Notes: generated by a model not told the origin, from the letters alone. Positions 25,846-38,749 are shown, numbered from the whole stretch's first letter. The stretch: 56,474 nt of DNA, filler included, from Dugesia japonica (GCA_001938525.1; 5 parts of 5 records of this genome joined end to end with filler, not necessarily neighbours in it), one strand, 5' to 3'. Numbers and translations are program-made.

Positions 25846-26229
25846 TTAAATAAAAGCATTCATAAAACTAAGATGTATTGAATCATTATTTAATTCTAAA
25901 CATAAATCATTATCAACACTAATATACAAGAAATAAAAAATAAAAATAAATAAATTACGCCTCTCCTCAGTGCTCCGGACCATCACCAGCAAATTCTTGA
26001 TGATTTCCAGCATCATCAGATTGTTAGCAATGAGTGTAAGCTCCCTTCTTCTACTCACGCTCAATCTTTCTCTTAGGGTGAACATCTTCTTTTTAGTCTC
26101 ATTTGATGCTTCCCGTAGCTCGCGATTTTCTTTGCACAGTTTCTTGAGCTCCGCACGGATTATTTGTTGTTCCGCTAACAATTCCTCTCTTGTGGGTTTC
26201 GAAATCCTTGTTGACATGTCTAGGCACAA
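25846..26229 (-). CDS. Open copy of family-B coiled-coil ORF (likely start ATG 26217), function unknown
   Basis: Uninterrupted ORF with heptad-like, K/R/E-rich composition, and decayed paralogues nearby. Confidence 0.4.
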   Translation of the reverse strand: MCLDMSTRISKPTREELLAEQQIIRAELKKLCKENRELREASNETKKKMFTLRERLSVSRRRELTLIANNLMMLEIIKNLLVMVRSTEERRNLFIFIFYFLYISVDNDLCLELNNDSIHLSFMNAFI

Positions 26230-29200
26230 AATAATTTTTAAAATTCGTATATCGGTTTAACTTGCACATATATGATATGTGCTATAAGAATTTATTGTCG
26301 AGTACAAAAGTTAATCTCACTACTTCCTGCAAACTTATTTATTCATTTAAATTCTTTCAATTTATTATATTTAAGTTTTTCTTTAATTTAATATTTCATT
26401 TAAATAATTTATTATTAATTCTAACAACAATCGATTATCCAGATATATTATACTATTTCCACAACTACACTGCGGACTCTACAGTCTCCTCTCCTGCCAA
26501 CGTCTCTAAATAGGCTGTGAATACAGGCATCGTCTGATCGATATGTTGATCGATATATGATCGATATATGTTGGTATTTTCTTCTGCTCGCCTGATTTAG
26601 CAGATTATTCTCCAGCACTGTGTGTCGATCTGTGATCGTTGGTGCTCGTCTCAGGTGTTCTGAAGTCCAAGATAATAAATCGGCCAACGACAAATTTTTC
26701 TGCTGTCTTTCGTATTCCTGTCATTTGATCTAGTCCTACAGGTGCTGAATTCGGGTCTGTAACTCTACTATTTCTTCTCTCTGCTTTCTGATCTCAAGAT
26801 TTCGTAATCTTAATTTGTCCTCATAAGCACACCATGGTTCTCGGTCAGTTCCATATTCGATCTAGGAATCAAATAACCCTGGCATTTGGGATAGTGGTGG
26901 AATTTCGAAACTCCATCCACGTAATGATTTCATCGCTCCTTGTATGGATATTTCTCTTGACATCTAAATCACAATAATTCATCTTTGTCAACCATTACCA
27001 TTTATTATCATTTATTACNATTCTTTATTGAAACAAAAAAATTAATTTTAATCCAAACATTTTATATAAATGAAATGAAATAAATAATTATTCAAAGTAT
27101 CAACACCTAATAATAATTAAATAATAATTAAATAAAATTATCAACAGATATAAACTGGTTTTTTTAGAAATAAGATTACCAATACTCATAAAATTATATC
27201 GTATTCAAACTGAAATAATCATTCTAAACAAATCTAAGCTTCCTAATTCAAAACCCATATTTTATCGTTATATTATCAGTTCATTAAAAAAAACATCCTA
27301 TGTCTTAGAAATTATACTCAAAACCTAATATCCGAATCTATATAAAAATTCATTTTCGATAGAAAACTTGATAGCCTATTGCCATTCAGTGGTTAAACCT
27401 TTACAATTATTATGTTAACATAGTCTCTATTTCAGATCAATATATAATTAAATAAAACAAAACTACGTATAATTTCTGTGTAAATTATATCATTAAATTC
27501 AAAACAGATTTAAATAAATTATACCAGTCAAAGTATTATTAAATACACAATATTTATTATAATGTAAATCTTTTTCGAATAAAAAAAATAAAAATTAATA
27601 ATAAATAAATTACGCTACTCCTCGATCACCACCAGTTTGCCCGCTTTACAGTTTGATCAATTGGACTCCATCCTCACAATTTCATCACATTTTCCTTATT
27701 ACCTCGCTCATATTTGTGTCACATTTATTTAGTTCATTATCTCGGTCCTATCATTTATTTTATTATCTCGATCATACTCATTTCCATCAATGCCGCGATC
27801 GTATTTATGTACATTATTATTTCAATTCTATTCATCTTCATTATTATGTCGATCATATTTATTTAGAATATCTTGGGGGATGATCTCGGAGCAGCTAAAT
27901 TTTTGATAGCATTTGATATTAACTTTTTGATCTCTCGTCACAAGTAGAAGTAATGAGTTTCTCAAAGTTTGCTTCTGCCGATAGATTGTTACTAAAAACT
28001 TTCTTTAAAGCTGCATATTCTTGTTTTACAAGCTATATTTCTTTTAGGAAGTAGTTTTTGGTAGTTTTTTTCATCATTTAATTTATACTGATCCGATTTC
28101 AGGTGGGCCTCGTTGCTCACTGTGAGCACCCACCCGAAAACCATTCAATTGTTCACGATTTTATTTCTTTATCAGTATTGTGTATTTTACTCATCCGATT
28201 GTTCTTTCACACTGCTCAATATCTGTTACTTTGCTCAGCGTTTGCAATTGAATCATTTTTACGCTACCATTTGCTGATACTTTTAAGTTTTTCTATTATC
28301 TACAGAGCATGGTACTGTCGTTCTGCAAAGATGGCTTTATAGAATTCATGCCTCCTGAACGTTTTTATCATTTGCTATGTTTGTTCATTGAACGTCCTGC
28401 ACTAATGATTTGTAATAATGCTACAATTTTCAAATTCAAAATTGCTCATTCTAGATTTATTTTGTTTTAGAAAGTCACTTTTAGGTGACCTTAGGAATCA
28501 TAAATAATAAAAACACATTATATAGATAAGAATACATAATATTTCTAATTAATTATTCAGTACAATATAGTAATAAAATTCAGTAATAATAATAATAATA
28601 ATAATNNNNNNNNNNNNNNNNNNNNNNNNNNNNNNNNNNNNNNNNNNNNNNNNNNNNNNNNNNNNNNNNNNNNNNNNNNNNNNNNNNNNNNNNNNNNNNN
28701 NNNNNNNNNNNNNNNNNNNNNNNNNNNNNNNNNNNNNNNNNNNNNNNNNNNNNNNNNNNNNNNNNNNNNNNNNNNNNNNNNNNNNNNNNNNNNNNNNNNN
28801 NNNNNNNNNNNNNNNNNNNNNNNNNNNNNNNNNNNNNNNNNNNNNNNNNNNNNNNNNNNNNNNNNNNNNNTATATTAATTTCTCTAATAATAATAATCAT
28901 AATAATTATAATATTCCAACTTTAAATACCTATTTTATTATTTATATAGTAAGAACAATTGCCCTTTTGTTTTAATCTATTATAAATTTGTTAATAGATA
29001 ATAATTTAATCGTTTCCGATTTTTCATAGTAATATCACTGCTATTATTCCCATACTCTTAATACATTATAAATAATAAATTAATATAATAGTTTTATACC
29101 TTTTAATATATATTACTTTCATTCGCATATTCATCATTTTAATATATTATTACTTTTTATTTATAGGGTTATAAATAATATATATATATATATAATTTAT

Positions 29201-30639
29201 TGTCCAATTATCATTCCTTTTCGTTCATTTTCTCCTTCTATACTTTCAACAATTTTGTATTTATTATTCTCATTAATTTATTTACCATTATTTATTTCTT
29301 TTGCTGTTATAAATTCCTTTACTTTGATTTACTTTCTCATTTGTTATTAATCATGATCTGAATTTTCATTTTCCTTCATTTTTCTTTTTATCATTTATCT
29401 CTTTTAATTCTGTAAATGCATTTCATCAATTATTTTATTTATTTCTTTAATTTTAATCCTGTTTCTTGTCATTATTTCGAGATAACTCGTATTTCATTCT
29501 GTTATACTCCTCAATTTTTCCATCGTTCTAGCTCAACATATATATATATATATATATATAATTTAGACTAAATTGCCATTAGTTTCTATGACTTGTGCCA
29601 AAATTCATCTGAACTATTCAAATCTAATTGGGTTTAATTAAGCATAGTTCAAACGTATTATTAAGATTACTGATCATAATATTTAATGAAAGTGTAATAC
29701 TGGATTTAATTAGGAAAATATTTGCTATAAATTAAATATAATTAAATAATAAAAATCATTTATAACCGAACATTGACTTAATATTTTTTTCAAAAATACA
29801 ACCGTAATATTATGGTTCACAAATATTTAATTTAATTATCAACAACAGATCCGAGAAAATAACAATTCAATCATCAACAAAGGAATTCAACCGCCACCTC
29901 TTCTCCTTTATCTTCACAACATTTCACAACTCGGAAGCATAATCGTTTTATATTTATTTACTATCACATCATCCATGTATATCTCGTTTCACTTCAAGAT
30001 TTATCACTAACGATTCAAAAATTCATCTCTCAGACTACTACACAATCACGTCATAATCGTTTACTACCAATTTATCAATTTATATTTCGCCCTATGTCAC
30101 CATCATTCACTATCATATCATCTCTCTTAACAAATTCTCATGTCACGACATCCTTCACAACAACATCCTTTAATAATACCACATCTTCCACATGTATTAA
30201 CACTTTCATCTGCATCCATTAAAATCTCTCATGACATNTTCATTATTAACTCTCATGATTCTCGTAATATTAACATCATTATATTTGCATAGTATATTAA
30301 AATTCATGGTGGATAATCCCGTATTTACTTCGGGTCTCTGGGCACTGATGTCCATCGTTGCTGGCGTTGCCATTCAACGATAAACCTCGTCCCAGTCTTC
30401 CGATCATATAATAAACATACAAATTCAAATATTACTTTTCGTTTGTTGACGATAGCTTTGCCGTAAAATAACAGTATAAATGCTACTAGTATCTTTAAAC
30501 AATGAGATAGCTAGATTCACAAATTTTATGAGATTTTAGAGTATCTTTTTGTGTAATTTGTCTCTACTTTTATACTAGAGTGTATCGTCATATTTGACAG
30601 GTGATGTAGGTGGTTACTTGAAAGTTTTAGAGAATTCAC

Positions 30640-30910
30640 TGAATCGCGCGGTACTCACTCGCAGATTCATGTTTGATGTCTTAATTTGGANNNNNNNNNN
30701 NNNNNNNNNNNNNNNNNNNNNNNNNNNNNNNNNNNNNNNNNNNNNNNNNNNNNNNNNNNNNNNNNNNNNNNNNNNNNNNNNNNNNNNNNNNNNNNNNNNN
30801 NNNNNNNNNNNNNNNNNNNNNNNNNNNNNNNNNNNNNNNNNNTGCTCACCCGATACATATAATTCAATTCTTAACACACGATGCGCGGTGCTCACCCGAC
30901 ACAGATAACT
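30640..30910. repeat. ~46-bp GC-cored tandem repeat mostly hidden in an N gap
   Basis: gcgcggtactcac (30646), tgctcacccga (30843) and gcgcggtgctcacccga (30884); period 46 on the right side. Confidence 0.65.
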
Positions 30911-31874
30911 CTTAAAATGATGCTTGTTCCAACGTGCAACGGTTCCGATGAAATCCGTGATCATCTCACCGGCACGAATGAATTTGAAAATTAACAATAT
31001 TTATAGATAGNAAATAATTTTTATTTTCTTGTTTTTAATATATAAATCTAAATTTTAACATGAACAAATAAAAATAATTTAATATCATTTTCATTTTTAA
31101 TTTAACTTTTTATTCTCTTTTATAATATTTGACTCTTATTTGAAAATTCCAATCCTTTCGTTATAAATAATAATATTTATGTAATAATAATAATTTTAAT
31201 AATATTTATGATACAATAATAATAATTTCAGATAGTTTCTTTCTATCTTGTGCATATGGATTTATACGGGAATAAATATAAATATTTTAATATTCTTACA
31301 CAATCTTACATTAACTTTTTATAATCTTTCATTACATATAATTCTATTTTCTTAATTCTAATTTCTTCTTCGTAATTAATAATATTTAGCTAAAATAATA
31401 ATAATACTATATTCTAATTATTCAAACACTTTTATTAAAATAATAGGCTTTTCTTTTTTACATTATAATAATGTTTATACATATTTTTAACTACAAATAT
31501 ANNNNNNNNNNNNNNNNNNNNNNNNNNNNNNNNNNNNNNNNNNNNTTAATTAATTAANNNNNNNNNNNNNNNNNNNNNNNNNNNNNNNNNNNNNNNNNNN
31601 NAATTTTTTTTATCTAAACTGTAATTGAAAATTGATATTATTAAAATCTAAAGATGTTATACAGGTTCTACAGTAAGGTTCTATATTCTTTTCAAAGGTA
31701 TATTTGTATGTATTATCTGTTTCTTGTCATTATTAATGCGTTTCATTCGCATTATTTCTTCGTAGTTTAGCACATTTTGTAAACTTATTACTTGTTTAAC
31801 AATTTTATTTTAAAATTTTCTTCAAATCTGAAGAGTAAGAAAAGTGTATATTAAAACNTTTTGAATTCTACCTT

Positions 31875-32100
31875 TCATTAAAAATAAAATAATAGTTTTG
31901 ATCAAATTAAATTGTTGTTTTCTATTCAAATTTTCAACTATTTCCTGGGATATTCCTGAAGAAGACAAATAGTCGAAAATTTGAATATCTATAAAACAAA
32001 AATTTAATTTGATCGAAGCTTTTACTTTATTTTAATAAAATCTCAAATGCAATCAATAGTTAAGTCCAACAATTGTACTCAAAATAATTAAAATTATAGA
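31875..32100. repeat. Hammerhead-bearing repeat (31949-32100, +) with an abutting inverted partial copy (31875-31948)
   Basis: The reverse complement of 31875-31945 (aaatagttgaaaatttgaatagaaaacaacaatttaatttgatcaaaact) aligns with 31967-32020. Confidence 0.8.
31949..31989 (+). ncRNA. Minimal type I hammerhead ribozyme motif (Penelope-type)
   Basis: GATATTC (stem I) - CTGAAGA - A - GAC AAATA GTC (stem II) - GAA - AATT (palindrome in place of stem III) - T (cleavage site) - GAATATC (perfect 7-bp complement of stem I). Confidence 0.75.
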
Positions 32101-33479
32101 ATTTGAATTGTTTACTTTTTATTTTATTTCCTACTGCGTATTGTTATGACAAAAACAGATCAGTTTATGGTTGGATATGAAGTAAACAAAAAATATTTAG
32201 TGCAAACAAATACTCCTTTAGAATAATTAGAGAAAAAATTGATAAAAGGTTTTCTAATAGTAAAAACTAATTAATAAATAATAAAACAACAATTCATTAA
32301 AACAAATTTTTATTTTGAAAATAATATTTAAACATTGCATTTTTTTACAATGCTAAAAGTACTAAACATGAATCAATTTGATACATAAAATTTCAGATAA
32401 TTTATAAAAATTGTCGAAGATAAAATTTATTAACTTACAGGAGTTATAATTATTTGATAGCAAATTGATAACAAACATAATCACAAGTAGAAAATTTACG
32501 TTATTCAAACAAAATAATAAATTAACATTGATTGAGCTATTCTCAATGAGCACAAGCAGCAGCATCTGTACAATAGCGCATTATCGACAAAGAAATATTT
32601 TCAAATAATCATTTAATAAATTAATTTACTTATTTGCTACAAACAGTTAGACGATTATTCCAGAGAGTAATTAATTACACACTCTCTAATGATTAATTAA
32701 ATAGANGTTTGCGACTGCTTAGATACTACTTTTTGTGTTTNGTTTGAATAATCNCAAATTGTAACATAATTATTTCGAAATGTTTATGATGTTCCAACCA
32801 ATTTAATTCTCATAAGTTTGTTAATAAATTATAAAATTTGTCCATTTAAACTATTTATTTTCAGATTAAGTATGTTTTTAATTTCTTTTCTTTCTCTTAT
32901 CTTTGTTGATTCACAAATAATGAATTCCTCCGAATCCAAGAAAAAATACTTCATTTATTTCTTAAAAATAAATTTTTCATATTTATTTTTATTTCTGGAT
33001 TGTAACTTATTTTCCGTTTCCTTAGAGATTTAATTTTACTTGATTTCTGTTTACTAAATTGAACAAATATTGTTTACCGTTCATTAAGTTGCTTTCCTAT
33101 CTTTTTTATTTGCATTCTGATTTGTTATTCTTCTCAAATTAATTTACTTGCTTTAATTATTAACAATAATTAACTTAATCATTTTTTATTCTTCCTCTCA
33201 GTCTTATAGTTCTGTTTAAATTTATTTGTTAACATTTGTTTGCTTTTTTTCATTAGAATAGTCAGTTTTATCTCAGATTGCTGAATTATTTATTCCCGAT
33301 TTAGCGAATCAGTCTTATTGATGTAATATAATATTTGGCTTGTTATTAATTTCAAGGAATTTTCTTTATTTACTTTCAGGTGATATAACTTCATTTTTAT
33401 GTTAAATACTACATAAACCTAGTAGACCAGATCGCTTAAAATCCCAAGATTATACGATACTATAATTATTAGTTCTAAA

Positions 33480-34580
33480 AATGAATAATACAAAGTTTTC
33501 AGTAAACTTCAATATTTATTAAAAATGTGACACAAAATTTTAATCAAAAGTGATCGCCATTGTTTTGGATAACATTAAACAATAAAATTCCATTTCTAAA
33601 AACGTTTGGCTGTTTGGAGGAGATAAAGTCGTCCAACTCTTTTCATATGACATCCATTAATTGAAAGTGTGTATGTCACAAGGAGACCTGTATTGATTAG
33701 AAAAAATGATAATCAGTTTGACTATGTCAGGTGAATACGCTAGGTGCACCAAGATTTCCCAGTCAAGTTTCGTTATGGTGTCCTTTGTCTTTAAAGCAAT
33801 ATATAACTTAGAGTTTTCATGCAACAATTTTACAAGACGCCTTTCATATTATCACAAATGTACAGCATTAAGGTTTTTCTAAAACGATAGTGCTTTGCGA
33901 TCGATGTTAAAGGTTTGTCGGTATTTATCCATGACATTTTACGTTTAAAAATATNATATTGTATTTATTTCTCATCTACTGTCACAATTGTATGCAATAA
34001 TGACTTTCAACGCTGTCTATTGAGAAGAGAAATAAAAGTTCCAATTTGTTTATCTTTGCTGGATTGACGGAGTTCACGATGGACATTTTTTCTTTTATTT
34101 TGGATGATACCCATCTTATGTAAATGGTTAGAAACAGTTTGTTAAGTTACTCTCAATTGTTTGTAAGCTTTGTTTGTGTCAAATTATGAGAAATTAGTAG
34201 TTCCAGATATCCATTGCTGCATGTTCTACTAGTTACAGTACGTTGTATGTCTGTGACACTGAAATCATCTCTTTTAAATAGCCTGAACCAAAATGCTCAC
34301 CCATCATACGACACTTCATATTTGCCGGTAACGGAACAAAATGATTCACATGTTCTTTCTGTATTTTCCTGCTGAAATTCATACATGATACAGTGTTGAA
34401 TACGCGCCTTATCTGTCGCAACGTAGAACTGAAATATTTTGATGTTTTTGTTTGATTCATTTGCCAATTAAATTTCATTTTAATATTTTATTTAAAAGTT
34501 GGTTGTAAATTGGAATATTAAAAAGATTGCATTATGTATATAACATAGAGAAAACATTTAGATTATTTATGGACCTACTA
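33480..34580 (-). mobile_element. Decayed mariner (DD34D) transposon
   Basis: Minus strand: HTIVTVDEK (~33970-33995) and LDWEILVHLAYSPDIV..DYHFF (~33700-33768), matching IVTGDEKW and HPPYSPDLAPSDYHLF. Confidence 0.85.
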
Positions 34581-35409
34581 TAATATTTAAAATCTAAATT
34601 TAAATAAAAATTAGGAATTAATGAATGCTAAACTTATTTAACTATTATTTTATTTGATTTATTATAATACATATTGTAAATTTATTTATTTGTTAAATAA
34701 TTTGACAAAACCAGGCCTAAAATTTGATATTCATATATAATAAAGGTTTAATATCGTAAAGAAGTACATTTACTAATAGTTATTCAAATACTTTTGTAAT
34801 AGATTGATTATAAGATTAGATTTTTCACTGACAATGTATCTAATATACTTGATACTACTTCCTAGATTTTATTGACTTTGTTAACTATTGATTTCTGTTT
34901 TCGATTTTATTAGAATTGTACTAATGCTCTGAAAAATCTTACATAATTAATGTATACATAATTAGCATGTAATTTAAGCTGTTATACAATCATTTTTATG
35001 ACATTTAGCATTACATAGAACAATACACGATTGCTACGTTACATATCATTACGTTATATTATCATTATCATTATTAATCTTATTTTATCATTATTTATTA
35101 TATTTAAACACATAACTAATAAATATTACCTATTATCGCAATAAAATACATATTTCTTATTATTATCCTTATTATTATCCATATAAATAAATCTAAGGAG
35201 TCATTATACTTTTTATAAAAACAACAACAATAAATATTTCTTTGTTTATTATTAACAAATACCTAATCAATAAATAAAAAAATAACAAATATATAATAAC
35301 ATTTATTTCATCATTCAAACTAAAATTATCAACGTCGTCTTCTTCTTCTTCTTNNNNNNNNNNNNNNNNNNNNNNNNNNNNNNNNNNNNNNNNNNNNNTT
35401 ATTTAATTA

Positions 35410-38400
35410 TAACTTTTATAATGACCATTTGCATATTAGTATTTCTTTCGCTCCAAAAGCGTTTATCATCCAGGGGAGACAATGCGCTTATTATACTCTC
35501 CATTGTATAAACCTGATAGTTTATTGATTGAAAGAGAGTCTACATAACATTGTTTTGTTCTTCATCTCCATCTCCATCTTTGTTGTATGCATTTAAATAA
35601 TTTCAATTATTGATGTCTGTTTGTTTTAAACTGATCTCTTTTGCTTTCATTGCCATCATAGCATCTGCTTTCTCNNNNNNNNNNNNNNNNNNNNNNNNNN
35701 NNNNNNNNNNNNTATAACCTTCACCTTCTCTTTCATATTTAATCAATCCAATTCTGTTGGCCATATTGTTAGAATAAAGTGGATAATCTTTAAGTTAATT
35801 GCTTGTATCCAAGAGACTATCCAATTTCATTTGAGACAAAAGTTGGCTGTTATCTACTACAGTAAATGATAAGAAAAAGCTATCCGTTTTTCCAGAAGTA
35901 ATATCAATTTTGCAATGAAATTGCTGACGATATTTTTCCAACTCTTCATATTGGACCTTATACATTCACAATTTACTCAAATCTATAACCATCTGAGTTC
36001 TTTTGCAATATCCATTGTTTTCTTAAATAATACTTTACTAGTGTAAGTCACAAATTCTTCTCTTTATTACATAGCTAGAAAACCATTTTCAAATTCTCTT
36101 CTCTCGTGTTGTATAGCGCATTATTTGATAGTTTGTAGAAATCCTTTTTAAATTTAGATTTTGATTCAGCTCTTCTCTCAGAATTCGAATTAATATAATT
36201 GGCAAATATTTTTCTTTGTTTGAACTAAAATTATCTATGTACTGCAGTTACAAGAGCTCCGAGCTTTAGATATAATTTCAATAATCGCCAATATACGATA
36301 TAATGTAGTTTTGGTTCATATGTCATTAGCAACTTCTTAACTTTCGATCTAATTAGAAATTTGTGTTCTGGGGACAAAAGTAATTGATCTTACTTATCAT
36401 GATGTTTGATAGATATTTCAAGATCAATTTCACGCAGGCATCCAATCTCATTATTGTTATTGGTGAACATCTTCTGTAGTATTTTTTAAATTTGATCTTT
36501 TTATATAAAATCAAAATTTCTATATGGTAAAGGCTGCCCAATCATATTGATGTCAATAACAAACATTGAAATATTCTCATCTTCCTGGACATAGTGCGTG
36601 TCCACAAAGATCATTCCAACACAAATTTCTAATTCAAATAGACCATGTATTTCAGCATCTTGACATAATTTTATTGGTTTTCTCACGACTTGAGAGCATT
36701 TGTTTAGCTTACTTCTTCAAGTGACACAAATTTTCGCGGCTCCAATCTATGTTCTTCAAGTGCTTTTTTGCNAAATGTTTAAAAATTATCAGCAAACAAG
36801 TATATATCTAACTTTATATAGTACATAATGTATTACATCAAGTTATTGCTTCTCCAATACATCCACGCAAACATAAGGATTTCATATTCTCTACTTTTTA
36901 TTTGTGGTCATTGTGATAATTTGGTTTGATTTATGAGCACTTCATGCGAAGTTGCAAATTTTTACGGAAATATACCCTGGTTTTGTTGTCCATGAAGAAA
37001 TTCATTAATGCTGATAAACTGGAACTGAAAAACCGGAGTGAATCTATAAATGGTTCCGTGACATGAATTTCCACATTTGCAAACATTGCCAAAAACCTTT
37101 CAGTTGTTTGCTTGATTGGATTAAGATTTCAATGTAGATATTGGTTAAGCGCATATTTAATTATGTGTGGTGAATCATAATCTTTAAAGTTATGAAACAC
37201 AACCGGCATTTCCATCCTCATCTTGCGTGATAAATTGCACTGATTACATGGCGCTTCGAAATATTCTTTAGTATAGTGATCATTATCACAAACCAACTTG
37301 TTTTATTGCATCCATACAAATTAAAATGTGTGCTTTTTATAAAGACTTCTTGGTATGATGTTGTCAAGTTCAATTTCATACACATAGCTTTCTTATCACA
37401 AGAGTCTAGTAGATTCTTTGACACCTTATAAATTATCTTTAAAATCTCAACCATACCGTTTATACCCGATAATGAATAGTACATGCATTTAATTGTCGTA
37501 TTCAATAAGCAAATCAATAAAAGACCTACAGCTATAGGCACATGTTTTACTAGACTACTATCTTTTTCTGATAAAAGAACAGCTTCAATATCTGCATTTA
37601 TTATAAAAGCCGGTGTTGAGGTTTTTACCTAATCTTTGCATTTCAATTATCCTTTTTCAGGCATTTTATATAACGTTGTTTTTTTGTATTTGATTTACAT
37701 AAAGCTACATGATGATTGAATGTAGATTTAGTATTGAAACCATGTAAGCATTTAATACTCCATTTTCTTCTAATTTGAATGTTTTGTATTCGATCATATA
37801 AATTCAAAAATCAATTTAAATTTATCACTGAAGTATAATGAAACTCTTGATCAATTTCCAACACTAATAAAAATACAGTCTATTTGGGTTTTTATCTCTA
37901 AAAATGATATCACATATGGATTTTTCTATAAAATTTCATTTTCTTTTTTTACGGTTTCTTTATATTTAAACACTGTGATCAATAAATTATTTTGACTTTC
38001 AAAGTTTGGAATATTGATGACTTTCATTGACATTTTCAGTTTATCATATACTAATTCATTTAAAACACTGTTATACTTCTGCGGCCTCTATCGATGATCC
38101 TTAACTATATCATACTTCAGCATTGCTATGTATAAAGTATGCTATATATTGTTGTCAGTATTGTGAACATTTACTATTGCATTGGATCTATGTAATGCTG
38201 TAGGACTATGAATAAATAATAATTCATATAAATAAATTACTAGGGCATATTTCGATAAATAAATCGTAGCTCTAATATTCTTCTAATTTTACATCCACTG
38301 CTGAGCTCTGAATACACTGAAATTTCTGTATTTGTTTTTTCTGTTATTTTATCGATAAAATCATCTGAATTTTCCATTGCCTTATATGACCATTGTTCTT

Positions 38401-38700
38401 TTTTAATTTCTTCTTCCTCACCATCAGTCTTTTCGAATTCTGCATGGAATTCAATGTTTGAATTTCTTGAACTCTTCTTCAAACTGATTTCTCTCTGGAA
38501 TAATCGTCTAACTGTTTGTAGCAANTAAGTAAATTAATTTATTAAATGCTTATTTGAAAATATTGCTTTGTCAATAATGCGCTTTTGTACAGATGCACTG
38601 CTTATAACAATGTTAATGGTATATTTTAGGTGTATCAGTGACTTTTCATTTTCCTTTCTCATTGAGTCTTTAATAATATCTGATGAAATTATAAATTAAT
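35410..38700 (-). pseudogene. Polinton/Maverick (adintovirus-like) protein-primed DNA polymerase B pseudogene
   Basis: Collinear motifs: ELSSGCKIRRILEL, AIVNVHNTDNN, PAFIINADIEAV, VCDNDHYTKEYFEAPCNQCNL (endonuclease VII-like), MPVVFHNFKDYDSPHIIK, GIFP, MIGQPLPYRNF, TDSFF, MKAK, ALSPLDDKRF. Many stops and frameshifts. Confidence 0.87.
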
Positions 38701-38749
38701 TTTGACCATTTTTTAACTGTTTAAAACATGCTTTTGAACTTATCTTACC

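Larger units (their letters stand above)
21985..26870 (-). repeat. Decayed tandem array of two unidentified small coiled-coil ORF families (A and B)
   Basis: B copies: 25955-26217, 24780-24995, 21990-22147 and probably 22205-22340. A copies: 26560-26870 and 25250-25520. Peptide alignments are given in the findings. Confidence 0.75.

Noticed and set aside
30300-30410. Chromodomain-like peptide TRFIVEWQRQQRWTSVP on the minus strand
   Set aside because: Too short, interrupted by a stop, and with no adjacent integrase or exon structure.
30640-30910. CRISPR-like repeat/spacer array
   Set aside because: Eukaryotic context, no cas genes, only about three visible units, and the linkers are related to each other.
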